Positions 30,477 to 40,580 of a DNA stretch of 64,000 nt are shown here, in pieces. The stretch is taken from positions 64,001-128,000 of the forward strand of contig CAWEMM010000006.1 in NCBI GenBank assembly GCA_963810095.1, given 5' to 3'. The notes under the pieces are model-generated. The model was not told the origin of the DNA, did not search any database, and saw only the letters and a program-made list of their open reading frames with translations. The DNA is from an uncultured Chloroflexia bacterium. GTDB lineage: Bacteria; Chloroflexota; Anaerolineae; CG2-30-64-16. Position 1 is the stretch's first letter; each line of letters starts with the position of its first letter. Position numbers and translations under genes: made by a program.

Positions 30477-32823
30477 ATGATGCCAGTGCAGCTTTCGGAA
30501 CAACAACGCGGGCTGGTGGCCCTGCCTGCGGACCGCCGCATCTTCCTGGAAGGGATTGCCGGGACGGGCAAAACGACCGCGGCAGTCGCGCGCCTCGAGC
30601 ACCTGCTGCGCGGCGGGCGTGCCCGGCAGCGATATCCTGCTCGTCCTGCCCCAGCGGACGCTCGCCGCGCCTTACGAGGCGCTCCTGCGCAGGGCCAGCA
30701 CCCCTGCGGGCGGCGAGGTCACGGTCGTCACCGTGGGCGGGCTCGGCCAGCGCATGATCGAGCTGTATTGGCCCCTGGTTTCGGCCCAGGCCGGCTTTGC
30801 GCACCCCGAGCGACCGCCCGTCTTCCTGACTCTGGAGACGGCCCAGTACTTCATGGCCCGCGTGGTCCGGCCCATGTTGGAAGCCGGTGCGTTTGACTCG
30901 ATCCGGGTGGAGCGCAACCGCCTGTACAGCCAGATCCTCGACAACCTCAATAAGGCAGCAGTGGTCGGGTTCGACGCGAGCGAGCTCGGGCCCCGGCTAA
31001 AGGCAGCGTGGCTCGGCGAGTCGGCGCAGCTGCGCGTGTACGACGAGGGCCAGGAAGCCGCGTCGCGCTTCCGCCAGTATTGCCTGGCTAATAACCTCCT
31101 CGACTTCTCGCTCCAATACGAGATGTTCGCACGGCACCTCTGGCCCCTGCGGCCGTGCCGCGAGTACCTGCTTGCCCGCTATCGTCACCTGATCGTCGAC
31201 AACGCGGAAGAGGATACCCCGGTCAGCCATGACATCCTGGCCGAGTGGCTGCCGCACGCCCGCTCGGCGCTCGTGGTGTATGACGTGGGCGGTGGCTACA
31301 GGCGGTTCCTGGGCGCCGACCCGCAGACGGGCTACGGGCTGAAGACGCTGTGCGACGAACAGGTGGCCTTCGATGCGTCGTTCGTGACTTCGCCCGACGT
31401 ACAGGCGCTGGCGCATAGCCTACGCCGTGCGCTGCGCCCGCGGCGCAACGTTGCCGGCGCGGCCCCCCTCATGGGCAGGCGGACGTCGCCCGTGCTGGCG
31501 GAGGAACTGGATTTTGAGGCGCCGTCGAGCGCACATCTTGCGACTCCCGCCCGTCCGAATGACGGAAGCGAATCACCTGGCGCAGGCATCCTGAGCGGAA
31601 CGAGCGAGGCGAGTGCAACCGAAGGACAACTGCTGCGCGCGCTCGAATACGAAGGCCGGCGCTACCATCACCAAATGCTCGACTGGGTGGCCGACCGCAT
31701 CGCCGTGTTGGTGCACGACGAGGGCGTGCGGCCGGGCGAAATCGCGGTGGTCGCGCCGTTTGTCGGCGGCGGGCTGCGGTTTACGCTGGAGAACCGGCTG
31801 GCCGCCCATGGCGTGGCGGTCCGGTCGCACCGGCCCTCGCGTGCCCTGCGCGAGGAACCCACCACTTTGTGCCTGCTGACCTGGGCTGCGCTGTGCCATC
31901 CGGGCTGGCGCATCCGGCCCGCGCCGTTTGACGTCGCTCAGGCCCTCATGCTGACCATCTCGGACATGGACCTGGTGCGCGCGCAGCTGTTGGCCGACAT
32001 CGCCTACCGCACCAGGAACGGGGTCCCGGTGCTTACGTCGTTCGCCGATATCGAGCCGCCCATGCAGGAGCGCATCACCTTCCTGCTCGGCGGCCGGTAC
32101 GAAGGCTTGCGTTCGTGGATCAACGCGCACACGGTGTCGGCCGAGCCTGGAGCAGATGCACTGCCGGCGCCGGAGAGGACGACCCGAGCCCGGGGTGTGA
32201 AGGGCCCGCGGCGCGCGGAGCTGGACCACTTCCTGTCACGCCTCTTCGGCGAACTGCTCTCGCAGCCCGGGTACGGGTACCACGAGAGCTTCGACGCGGG
32301 GGAATTGACCGCCAAGGTGATCGAGTCCGCACGCAAGTTCCGCCAGGTGATGGCCGTGGGGACGGGCGGGGTCCCGGGCGGCGAGCCGCTGGGGAAGGAG
32401 TACGTCGAGCTGGTGCGGGACGGCGTGGTCGCCGCCCAATACGTGCGGAGCTGGCAGCGGCAGCCGGAGGACGCGGTCCTGATCGCTCCCGCCTACACGT
32501 TCCTGATGCGGAACCAACCTGTGGAACACCAATTCTGGCTCGACGTGGGCGCGACAGGCTGGTGGGAGCGGCTGAACCAACCCATTACACACCCCTATGT
32601 GCTGAGCCGGCGTTGGGAAGGTGGGCGGCAGTGGACCGACCTGGAGGAATACTTTGCCCGGCAGGAGGCGATGGCAGAGCTTGTCATAGGCCTGGTGCAT
32701 CGCTGTCGGAAGCAGGTGCATCTTGCGCTCAGCGAGCTCAGCGAGAGCGGCAGCGACCAGCGCGGGAACCTGCTCCGCACCATCCAGAGCGTGCTCAGGT
32801 ACGAAAGAACGGCGAAACAGTAA
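30477..32823 (+). CDS. Degenerate SF1/UvrD-like helicase subunit (frameshift near 30610)
   Basis: Walker A GIAGTGKTT in ORF 30456-30896; LLDFSLQ and IVDNAEED (degenerate Walker B) in ORF 30556-32823. Confidence 0.8.
31584..31627 (+). repeat. AGGCATCCTGAGCGGA...CGAAGGAC repeat inside the helicase CDS
   Basis: Shares 15/16 nt at the 5' end and CGAAGGAC at the 3' end with 37088-37138. Confidence 0.6.
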
Positions 32824-33292
32824 GGACCAAAGAATAGAAGGGGCACAAAGGGGATGGAGAGTCCATACGCGACGCTAACGGCGCAAGAAGAAGCGCTCGG
32901 AAAAGCAGTGGTGCAGGCTGCATTTACCGTACACAAAGCATTGGGGCCGGGGCTCCTGGAAAGCGTCTACGAGACCTGTTTGTGCCACGAATTGCACAAG
33001 AACGGGATAGCATTCCGGCGCCAAGTCGTCGTGCCGGTGAACTACGATGGCATCCAATTCGAAGAAGGTCTGAGATTGGATGTCTTGGTCGGCGAGCTCG
33101 TGATCTGTGAATTGAAAGCCGTCGAACAACTGTTGCCGGTTCATCAGGCGCAGTTATTGAGCCAACTTAAGCTCTCACGGCGGCGGCTCGGCTACCTGAT
33201 CAACTTCAATGTGCCCTTGATCAAGGAAGGCATTCGCAGCGCTTGTTGCGCTAGCGACCTTCGTGCACCTTAGGTTCTCTGGTTCTTCCTGT
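32817..33292. mobile_element. Putative autonomous GxxExxY element: 34-nt inverted arms enclosing only the GxxExxY gene
   Basis: Left arm 32817-32850 and right arm 33259-33292 each match the arms of 30334-30405 at 27/34 nt and each other at 26/34 nt (hand count). Confidence 0.75.
32854..33273 (+). CDS. GxxExxY protein (PD-(D/E)xK nuclease-like)
   Basis: VHKALGPGLLESVY, RLDVLV, ICELKAV, AQLL, GYLINFN. Real stop probably TAG 33252-33254 via an indel near 33235. Confidence 0.93.
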   Translation: MESPYATLTAQEEALGKAVVQAAFTVHKALGPGLLESVYETCLCHELHKNGIAFRRQVVVPVNYDGIQFEEGLRLDVLVGELVICELKAVEQLLPVHQAQLLSQLKLSRRRLGYLINFNVPLIKEGIRSACCASDLRAP

Positions 33293-33301
33293 TAGGAGCC
33301 C

Positions 33302-35546
33302 ATGACCTTTACACCGAGACCCAAGCAAGCGGAAGTATTGGCCTATCGCAGCGGGATGATGGGCGTGTCGGCCGCGCCGGGCAGTGGCAAGACCCACGTC
33401 CTCTCCGCGCTGGCCGCGCAATTGGTCGCGGACGGCAACCTCCAGGACGACCAGGAAGTGCTGATCGTCACGCTCGTCAACTCTGCGGTCGAAAACTTCT
33501 CCACGCGCGTCGACGAGTTCGTGAAGGCGCGCGGCCTGCTCCCACGGGTGGGCTACCGGGTGCGCACGCTTCACGGCCTGGCCCACGACATCGTACGCGA
33601 GCGGCCCGGGCTGCTGGGGCTGGCCGAGGACTTCCGCATTGCCGACGAGCAGGAAACCAACCAGATCATGCAGGGCGCGGTGGCAGCCTGGCTCGCCGCG
33701 AACCCGGATTCGCTGCACCCATTCGTCGATCCGGTGCTCGACGAGAGACGCATCGAGTGGGTGAAGAGCGAGCAGTGGCCCAACCTGGCGACGGACATCG
33801 CCCGCAACTTCATTGCGCTTGCGAAAGACCTGCAGCTGACCCCCGAAGTGCTGGCCGAGCGGCTCCGCAACCTACAGCACGACGCGCCCTTGCTCGAGAT
33901 GGGGGTCGCCATCTACGCAGATTACCAGCGGAGCCTGGGCTACCGTGCCGCGCTGGACTACGACGACCTGATCCGGCTCGCGCTGCAGGCGCTGCGCGCG
34001 GACCCGGATTACCTGCAGCGGCTGCGCTACCGGTGGCCGTTTGTCCTGGAGGACGAGGCGCAGGACTCGAGCCGGCTGCAGGAGGAGATCCTGCGCCTGC
34101 TGTCGGGGCCGGGGGGCAACTGGGTGCGGGTGGGCGACCCCAACCAGGCCATCTACGAAACCTTCACGACGGCGAACCCGCGCTACCTGCCGCGACTTCC
34201 TCGAGGAAGACGGCGTCGCGGCGCGCGAGTTGCCCGACTCGGGCCGCTCGACCCGCAGCATCATCGATCTGGCTAACCTGCTCGTCGACTGGAGCCGCAG
34301 CGCGCATCCCGTGCCCGAACTCAGGGATGCGCTGGCGCCCACCCACATCGCGGCGACCCTGCCCGGCGATCCCCAGCCAAACCCGCAAGACAACCCGCAA
34401 GGCGTGCGCCTGCCCGGCCGGAAGTACACGCCCACGGATGAGCTCGATGCCATCCTTAGCTCGCTGGCAAAGTGGCTGCCGGAACACCAGGACCAGACCG
34501 CGGCAGTCCTCGTGCCCAGCAACCAGCGAGGCGAAATCGTGGTCAGCGGGCTGAAGGCCCGGGGCATCGAATATGTCGAGATGCTGCGGAGCACCCGGGA
34601 GACTCGCACCCTGGCCGGCGCACTTGGCAACATCCTGGCAAGCCTGGCCGACCCCGCCGACGCCCGTAAGCTGGCGACAGCATACCGGGTGTGGCGGCGG
34701 CACGATCGGGAGGACCCGGACGCCAACCAGCGCATGGGTCTCCTGAGCAAGAGCATCGAAAAGTGCCGCAACGTCGAGGCTTTCCTGTGGCCACGGCCCG
34801 AGTCCGAAGACCTGAGCGGGATTGAACTGCCCGGTGCGGACCCGGTTTTTGAGGAACACGTCCGCAGCTTCCGCACCCTCATGCGGCGCTGGCAGAAGGC
34901 GGCGGCCCTGCCCATCGACCAACTCCTGATCACGATCGGGCAGGACCTGTTCGAGAAGCCGGGCGAGCTGGCGCTGACTGACAAGCTGGCGGGCGCGCTG
35001 CGCCAGGCCGCGGCCGAACACCCCGGCTGGCGGCTGCCCGAGCTGATCGACGAGCTGGGGACCATTGCCCGCAACGAGCGCAAGTTCCTGGGCTTCTCCG
35101 ACGACGACACGGGCTTCAATCCGGACGCGCACAAGGGCAAGGTCATCGTCGCGACCGTGCACAAGGCCAAGGGGCTGGAGTGGGACCGGGTCTATCTCAC
35201 CTCGGTCAACACCTACGACTTCCCGGCCGGGCTGCCGGGCGACTCGTTCATCTCCGAGAAATGGTTTATTCGCGACCGGCTCAACCTCCAGGCCGAAGCT
35301 CTGGGACAGTTGGAGAGCCTGGCGATCGAAGCCGCGCTGCCGCGCTTGGGCGCGCCGACCGAAGCCGCTCGCATCGAGTACGCCGCCGAGCGGCTGCGCC
35401 TGCTGTATGTCGGGATCACCCGTGCCCGCCGCGAGCTGCTGATCACAAGCAACACGGGGCGGAGCGGCAAGGTGGCGCCCGCCGCGGCACTCGTGGCACT
35501 CCAAGAAGCATGGGCCGAGCGCGCCGGGGATGCGGCTGCGGGCTGA
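33302..35546 (+). CDS. UvrD/PcrA-family ATP-dependent helicase (frameshift near 34190)
   Basis: [32 protein letters not shown]; [10 protein letters not shown] and [10 protein letters not shown] in the second frame. Confidence 0.92.
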
Positions 35547-35608
35547 CCACAAAGACTCAAAGCCACGAAGACGTGTATGGGAACTTCGTGTCTTCGAGTC
35601 TTTGTGGT
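35546..35608. repeat. 8-nt-unit palindromic element (subtype A, cleanest copy)
   Basis: ACCACAAAGACTCAAAGCCACGAAG / CTTCGTGTCTTCGAGTCTTTGTGGT, 23/25 complementary; overlaps TGA stop. Confidence 0.95.
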
Positions 35609-35640
35609 GAATCTCGTTCTGACGAAGGCAACGGGGAAAG

Positions 35641-36477
35641 ATGACCCTACCACCTGACTTCCAATTCAGCCAGGCTAGCCTGCAGGATTATGTAGAGTGC
35701 CGCCGCCGCTTCCAGCTGCGCTACCTGCTGCAGCTCCAGTGGCCCGCGCCCGAGGCCGAGCCGGCGGAAGAACTCGAACAGCACATGCTCGACGGCGCGG
35801 CGTTTCACCGCCTGGTCCACCAGCACCGGGTGGGGATTTCGGCCGAACAGCTCCGGCCCGACGACGATGGTCCGCTCGCCGAGTGGTGGGCCGCGTATCT
35901 CGCGTCGCCCCCGTCCGGCCTGCCAGCCATGCAGTACCCCGAGCTGGCGCTGTCGGTCCCGCTGGGCGCGCACCGGCTCATCGCCAAGTTCGACCTGCTG
36001 GCGGTCGACCCGGGCCGGCGCGCGGTGATTGTCGATTGGAAGACATCGCGCAAGCAGGCGGCGAACTGGCTGACCGCCCGCCTCCAGACGCGCGTCTACC
36101 GTTACGTGCTGGCGCAGGCGGGCGCGCATCTGAACGACGGCGCGGCGATCGAACCCGAGCAAATCCGCATGGTGTATTGGTTCGCCGTCGACCCGGAACA
36201 CCCGGAAACGCTGCTGTACGATGCGGCGACGATGGCGGCGGATGGCCGCTACCTGGCAGGGCTGATCGGAACGATCGCCGGCTCAACGGACGACGATTTC
36301 CCGAAGACAGACGACGCGCGGCGCTGCCGCTTCTGCGCGTACCGCTCGCTGTGCAACCGGGGCATCGAGGCGGGGCTATTGAGCGAGGCGGACGCGGAAG
36401 ACGCCGAAGAGCCCGAAGCGGAGTTCGACTGGGACCGCGGCATCGACTTCGAGCAAATCGCGGAGATCGCGTTCTAG
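35641..36477 (+). CDS. AddB/RecB-like PD-(D/E)xK nuclease with 4Fe-4S cysteines
   Basis: FSQASLQDYVEC, G..FH, KFDLL, IVDWKT, Q...Y, CRFCAYRSLC. Confidence 0.88.
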   Translation: MTLPPDFQFSQASLQDYVECRRRFQLRYLLQLQWPAPEAEPAEELEQHMLDGAAFHRLVHQHRVGISAEQLRPDDDGPLAEWWAAYLASPPSGLPAMQYPELALSVPLGAHRLIAKFDLLAVDPGRRAVIVDWKTSRKQAANWLTARLQTRVYRYVLAQAGAHLNDGAAIEPEQIRMVYWFAVDPEHPETLLYDAATMAADGRYLAGLIGTIAGSTDDDFPKTDDARRCRFCAYRSLCNRGIEAGLLSEADAEDAEEPEAEFDWDRGIDFEQIAEIAF

Positions 36478-36495
36478 GCCTGCGAGGAACAGAGC

Positions 36496-39000
36496 ATGCG
36501 AGGATCGGATAGGTTCCGGCGGCCGTGGGTCGAACCCGCGCCGGTTAGGCGTTTCACCCGCGTTGCGCGCCGCAGTCGGCGGCCACCCCATCGCGGCCGA
36601 GGCGCTCGCGCGGCGCGGCATCACCGGTCCGGCCCAGGCCCGTGCGTTCCTCAATCCCGACCTGTACACCCCCGCTTCGCCGCTGGAGCTGCCGGGCATG
36701 GGACGGGCGGTGGCCCGTATTGGACGCGCCATTCGCACGGCCGAGCCGATTTGCGTGTGGGGCGATTTCGACGTCGACGGCCAGACCTCGACCGCGCTCC
36801 TGGTGTCCGCCCTGCGCGACCTGGGTGCGGAGGTCACCTACCACGTTCCCCTGCGCGAGACCGAGGGGCACGGGGTCAACTTGCCGGTGCTCGAGCAGGT
36901 CATCGACGCGGGTGCGCGGCTGATTCTCACCTGTGACACGGGTATCGGCGCACTGGACGCCGTGGCCTTCGCACGGCAGCGCGCGGTCGATTTCGTCATC
37001 ACCGACCACCACGACCTGCCCGAAACCCTGCCCGACGCCGCGGCCGTCGTGAACCCGAAGCTGCTGGCGCAGGATGAGGCGTTTGGAAGGCATCCTGGGC
37101 GGAGACCGTCCCGCAGGGACGAGGCAGAGTCGAAGGACGGCGTTCGAACGCCGGCTCGCGAACCCCATCCCCTGCTCGACCTGCCCGGCGTGGGCGTAGC
37201 CTACAAGCTGGGCGAGGCGCTTTATGACTGGGCGGGCCGTGGCCCCGAAGCGGCAAAGCACGCGGACCTGGCCGCGTTGGGCATCGTGGCCGACCTGGCG
37301 CTCCTCCGCGGCGATACCCGATACCTCGCGCAGCGCGGGCTGGCGGCCCTGCGCAGCAGCCGGCGCACCGGCGTGCAGGCGCTTTTCGAATCAATCGAGC
37401 TCGACCCCACGAACCTCACGGAAGAACACATCGCCTTTGGGCTGGCGCCCCGGCTCAACGCCGCGGGCCGGCTGGCCGACGCAGCGCCGTGTGTAGAGCT
37501 GCTGACGACGAGCGACCGGACGACCGCCCGCATCATCGCGGCCGACCTGGAGGCGCTCAACGCACGGCGCAAGTTCCTGACAGACCGCGTTACGCAGGAA
37601 GCCGAGGCGCAGATCCGAGAAGACGGCTCGCTCCTCGAGCACGCCGCGCTCGTGCTGTCGAGCCCCTATTGGCCCGCGGGCATCGTCGGCATCGTCGCGA
37701 GCCGGCTGGTAGAGCGGTACGGCCTGCCCACCGTGCTGATATCGAACTCCGAGGGGGGGCCGGGTCGCGGCTCGGCGCGGTCGGTGGCGGGCGTCGACAT
37801 CTCGGCGGCCATCACAGGCTGCCGCGACCTGCTGCTGGGCTTCGGCGGCCATCCGATGGCCGCGGGTTTGACGATCAACCCCGATCGAGTCGGCGCGTTC
37901 AGGATCGCGCTTGCCACGCAGATCGCAGCGCCAATTGGAGGGCCGGCCGGAGCGGGAAGGCGCGCCCCGCGGGAGGCGTTCGCATCGACTGTTTGCTGCC
38001 ACTGGGCGAACTCTCGTTGCCCCTGGTCGACGACCTGGCGCGGCTGGGGCCGTTCGGGGCGGGCAATCCGCCGCTGACCCTGTGCGCACCCCGTCTCGAG
38101 GTAAAGGCCAACCGGCTGGTGGGGCGCCAGGAGGAGCACCGCATCCTGACCGTGGCCGACGAGTCCGGGTTCGAGCGCCAGGTGGTGTGGTGGAACGGTG
38201 GGAGCGAGTCCGTGCCGCAGGGACTCTTCGACCTGGCCTACGTCGCGCGCGCCAGCACCTATCGCGGCGAGCGCAGCGCCCAGGTGGAGCTGCTGGCCGT
38301 CCGGCCCTCGCCCGGCGCGCCGGTGGTCGAGGTGGCGCCGCCCGCGATCGACGTCCTCGACTACCGGCAGGAGCGCAACCCGCTCGTCGTGCTCGACGAG
38401 GTGCTGAAAGCCCACACAGACGACGGCGTAGTCGTGTTCGGCGAGGGGCCGCTGCCGGCCGCGGTCCCGGGCACGAACCGGTTGGGGCTGCTCCCGGCCG
38501 GCACGCTTGTCTTTTGGACCGCGCCCTCCAGCCCGGCAGAGGTGCGGGCGGCGCTCGAAAGCGTCCGGCCGCAGCGCGCGATCCTGTTCGCCCTCGACCC
38601 GGGGCTCGACCGGCCGGATGCGTTCCTGCAGCGACTTGGCGGGGTGGTGAAGTTTGCCCTAAACACCCGCGGTGGGCACGTGAGCCTGGTCGAATTGGCC
38701 GCAGCGATGGCCCAGCGGGAGGCGTTCGTCCTGCTGGGGCTCAACTGGTTCGCGGCGCAGGGTCAGCTCGGCGTGGCTGAGCTGGGCGACGGCCAGCTGG
38801 AGCTGCGGAAGGGCCGCGGAGAGCCTGCGGCCGAAGCCGAACGCCGGCTGGGGGCTGCCCGGCTGAACGCGGCATTGGAGGAAGCGGCCGCCTTCCGCAC
38901 GTACTTCCGCACGGCCGACAAGGACGCGCTGCTCCGGGGCTACCTGCCAACGGCTGTGGCGACTGACCATGGCGAGCCCAAGAACGCCAAGTCGCACTGA
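36496..39000 (+). CDS. recJ: ssDNA exonuclease RecJ with long C-terminal extension (frameshifts near 36550 and 37950)
   Basis: GDFDVDG, LTCDTG, TDHH, GVGVAYKL, APRLNAAGR, GSARS, FGGHPMAAG, LGPFGAGNP. Confidence 0.92.
37088..37138 (+). repeat. AGGCATCCTGGGCGGA...CGAAGGAC repeat inside recJ
   Basis: Within a ~30-codon insert between NPKLL and HPL; internal hairpin CGTCCC-GCA-GGGACG. Confidence 0.6.
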
Positions 39001-39051
39001 GGTCTTGCATGACCGCCTGTATCCCGGCGTTCTGTGGTTCTTGTTGGTGAA
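38966..39051. repeat. Degenerate 8-nt-unit element
   Basis: ACCATGGCGAGCCCAAGAACGCCAAG...GGCGTTCTGTGGTTCTTGTTGGTGAA. Confidence 0.55.
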
Positions 39052-39129
39052 GGACCCCTTCGTTTTCCGCGTCTCTCCCGACGCATGATAGAATCCCCCC
39101 AAACCCCAGATTCCATCGAGGAGGATGGC

Positions 39130-40469
39130 ATGCAAGGCTCGCGCACGCAAGTGAAGCGGATTGGTGTTCGTCGGGAGGATCGGAGCCGCTGGGAACGCCG
39201 GGCGCCGGTGACTCCTGCAATTGCGCGTTATTTGCGCGACGAACACGGCATCGAAGTCTTCGTACAACCTTCCACCATTCGAGTATTTACTGAGGACGAG
39301 TTTGCGGCGCACGGCGCGACGGTCATGGAGGACCTCGCCGAGTGCCCGATCGTCTTTGCGGTTAAGGAAATTCCCTCTGGCTTCTTCCGCCCCGGCGGCG
39401 CCTACATGTTCTTCAGCCATGTGATCAAGGGCCAGTCTTATAACATGCCCATGCTCCGCCGCCTGATGGAACTCGGCTGCACGCTGATCGATTACGAGAA
39501 AGTGATCGACGACCAGGGCCGGCGGCTGATTGCCTTCGGCCGGTTCGCCGGGCTCGCCGGGATGGTCGAGACACTGCACGCGCTGGGCCGGCGGCTGCGC
39601 TGGGAAGGCGTGCCGAACCCCTTCGAGATCATCGGCCACGCGCACGAATACCGGGACCTGGCCGAGGCCAAGGCGGCCGTGGCAGCGGCGGGCGAGGAAA
39701 TCCGGCGGGACGGCCTGCCCCCCCAGGCTGCGCCGCTGACCGTCGGCGTGACAGGCTACGGCAACGTCGCCCGGGGCGCATGGGAGATTCTGAACCTGCT
39801 GCCCGTCGAAGTGATCGAACCGGAGGCATTGAGCGACGTCGTGGACGGGCCCGGCGCGTCGCGCTTCGTGGTGTTCGGCACGACGTTCAAAGAGCAGCAC
39901 ATCGTGGAGCCGCTCGAAGGCGAGTTTGACTGCCGGAAGTATTACGAGTGCCCCGGCAACTACCGTCCCATCTTCGAGAAGTCGCTGCCCTATCTCTCTG
40001 TGCTGGTCAACGGCATCTACTGGGACACGCGCTACCGCGCTTGGTGACGAAGGCGGCGCTGCGCGAGCTGTGGGAGGCGGGCCACGACGAGGGCACGCCG
40101 CAGCCGCGGTTGAAGGTGATCGGCGACATCTCCTGCGACATCGAGGGGTCGATCGAGTGCACGGTCAAGTCGACCGAGCCGGAGGAGCCGTGCTTCGTGT
40201 ACAACCCGCTGACGGGCGAGGCGACCGACGGGTGCGAAGGCGACGGCGTGACGGTGATGGCCGTCGACATTCTGCCAAGCGAGCTGCCGCGTGATGCATC
40301 TGAAGGGTTCGGCGGCGTCCTGAAGGACTTCATCCCGGCAATCGTCGATGCTGATCTGGCGGCGCCATTTGAGGAGCTCGCGCTGCCCGCGCCCATCAAG
40401 CGTGCGGTCATCGTGCACCGGGGCGAACTCACCCCCGACTTCGCGTATCTACAGCGCTATCTTGAATAG
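39130..40469 (+). CDS. Lysine-ketoglutarate reductase-like protein, AlaDH/PNT fold (frameshift near 40040)
   Basis: RREDRSRWERRAP, VKEIP, FFSHVIKGQ.YNMP, IDYE, AFGRFAG, NGIYW; IGDISCDIEGSIE and VDILPSELP in the second frame. Confidence 0.88.
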
Positions 40470-40470
40470 C

Positions 40471-40550
40471 ACGCAGATTCAAGTGATCGGACTGATGCAC
40501 ATGATCTTTCTCGGTATCATTTCTATCAGTTCCATCAGTTCAATCAGCGT
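40471..40550. repeat. 9-nt-unit palindromic element (GAT/ATC anchors)
   Basis: ACGCAGAT-TCAAGTGAT-CGGACTGAT-GCACATGAT ... ATCATTTCT-ATCAGTTCC-ATCAGTTCA-ATCAGCGT. Confidence 0.8.
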
Positions 40551-40580
40551 CCCATTCCGTCTCTCGTGGAGGCATTTAGC

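Noticed and set aside
35641-36477. Cas4
   Set aside because: It shares the Fe-S PD-(D/E)xK fold, but the context is helicases and recJ with no cas1 or array.
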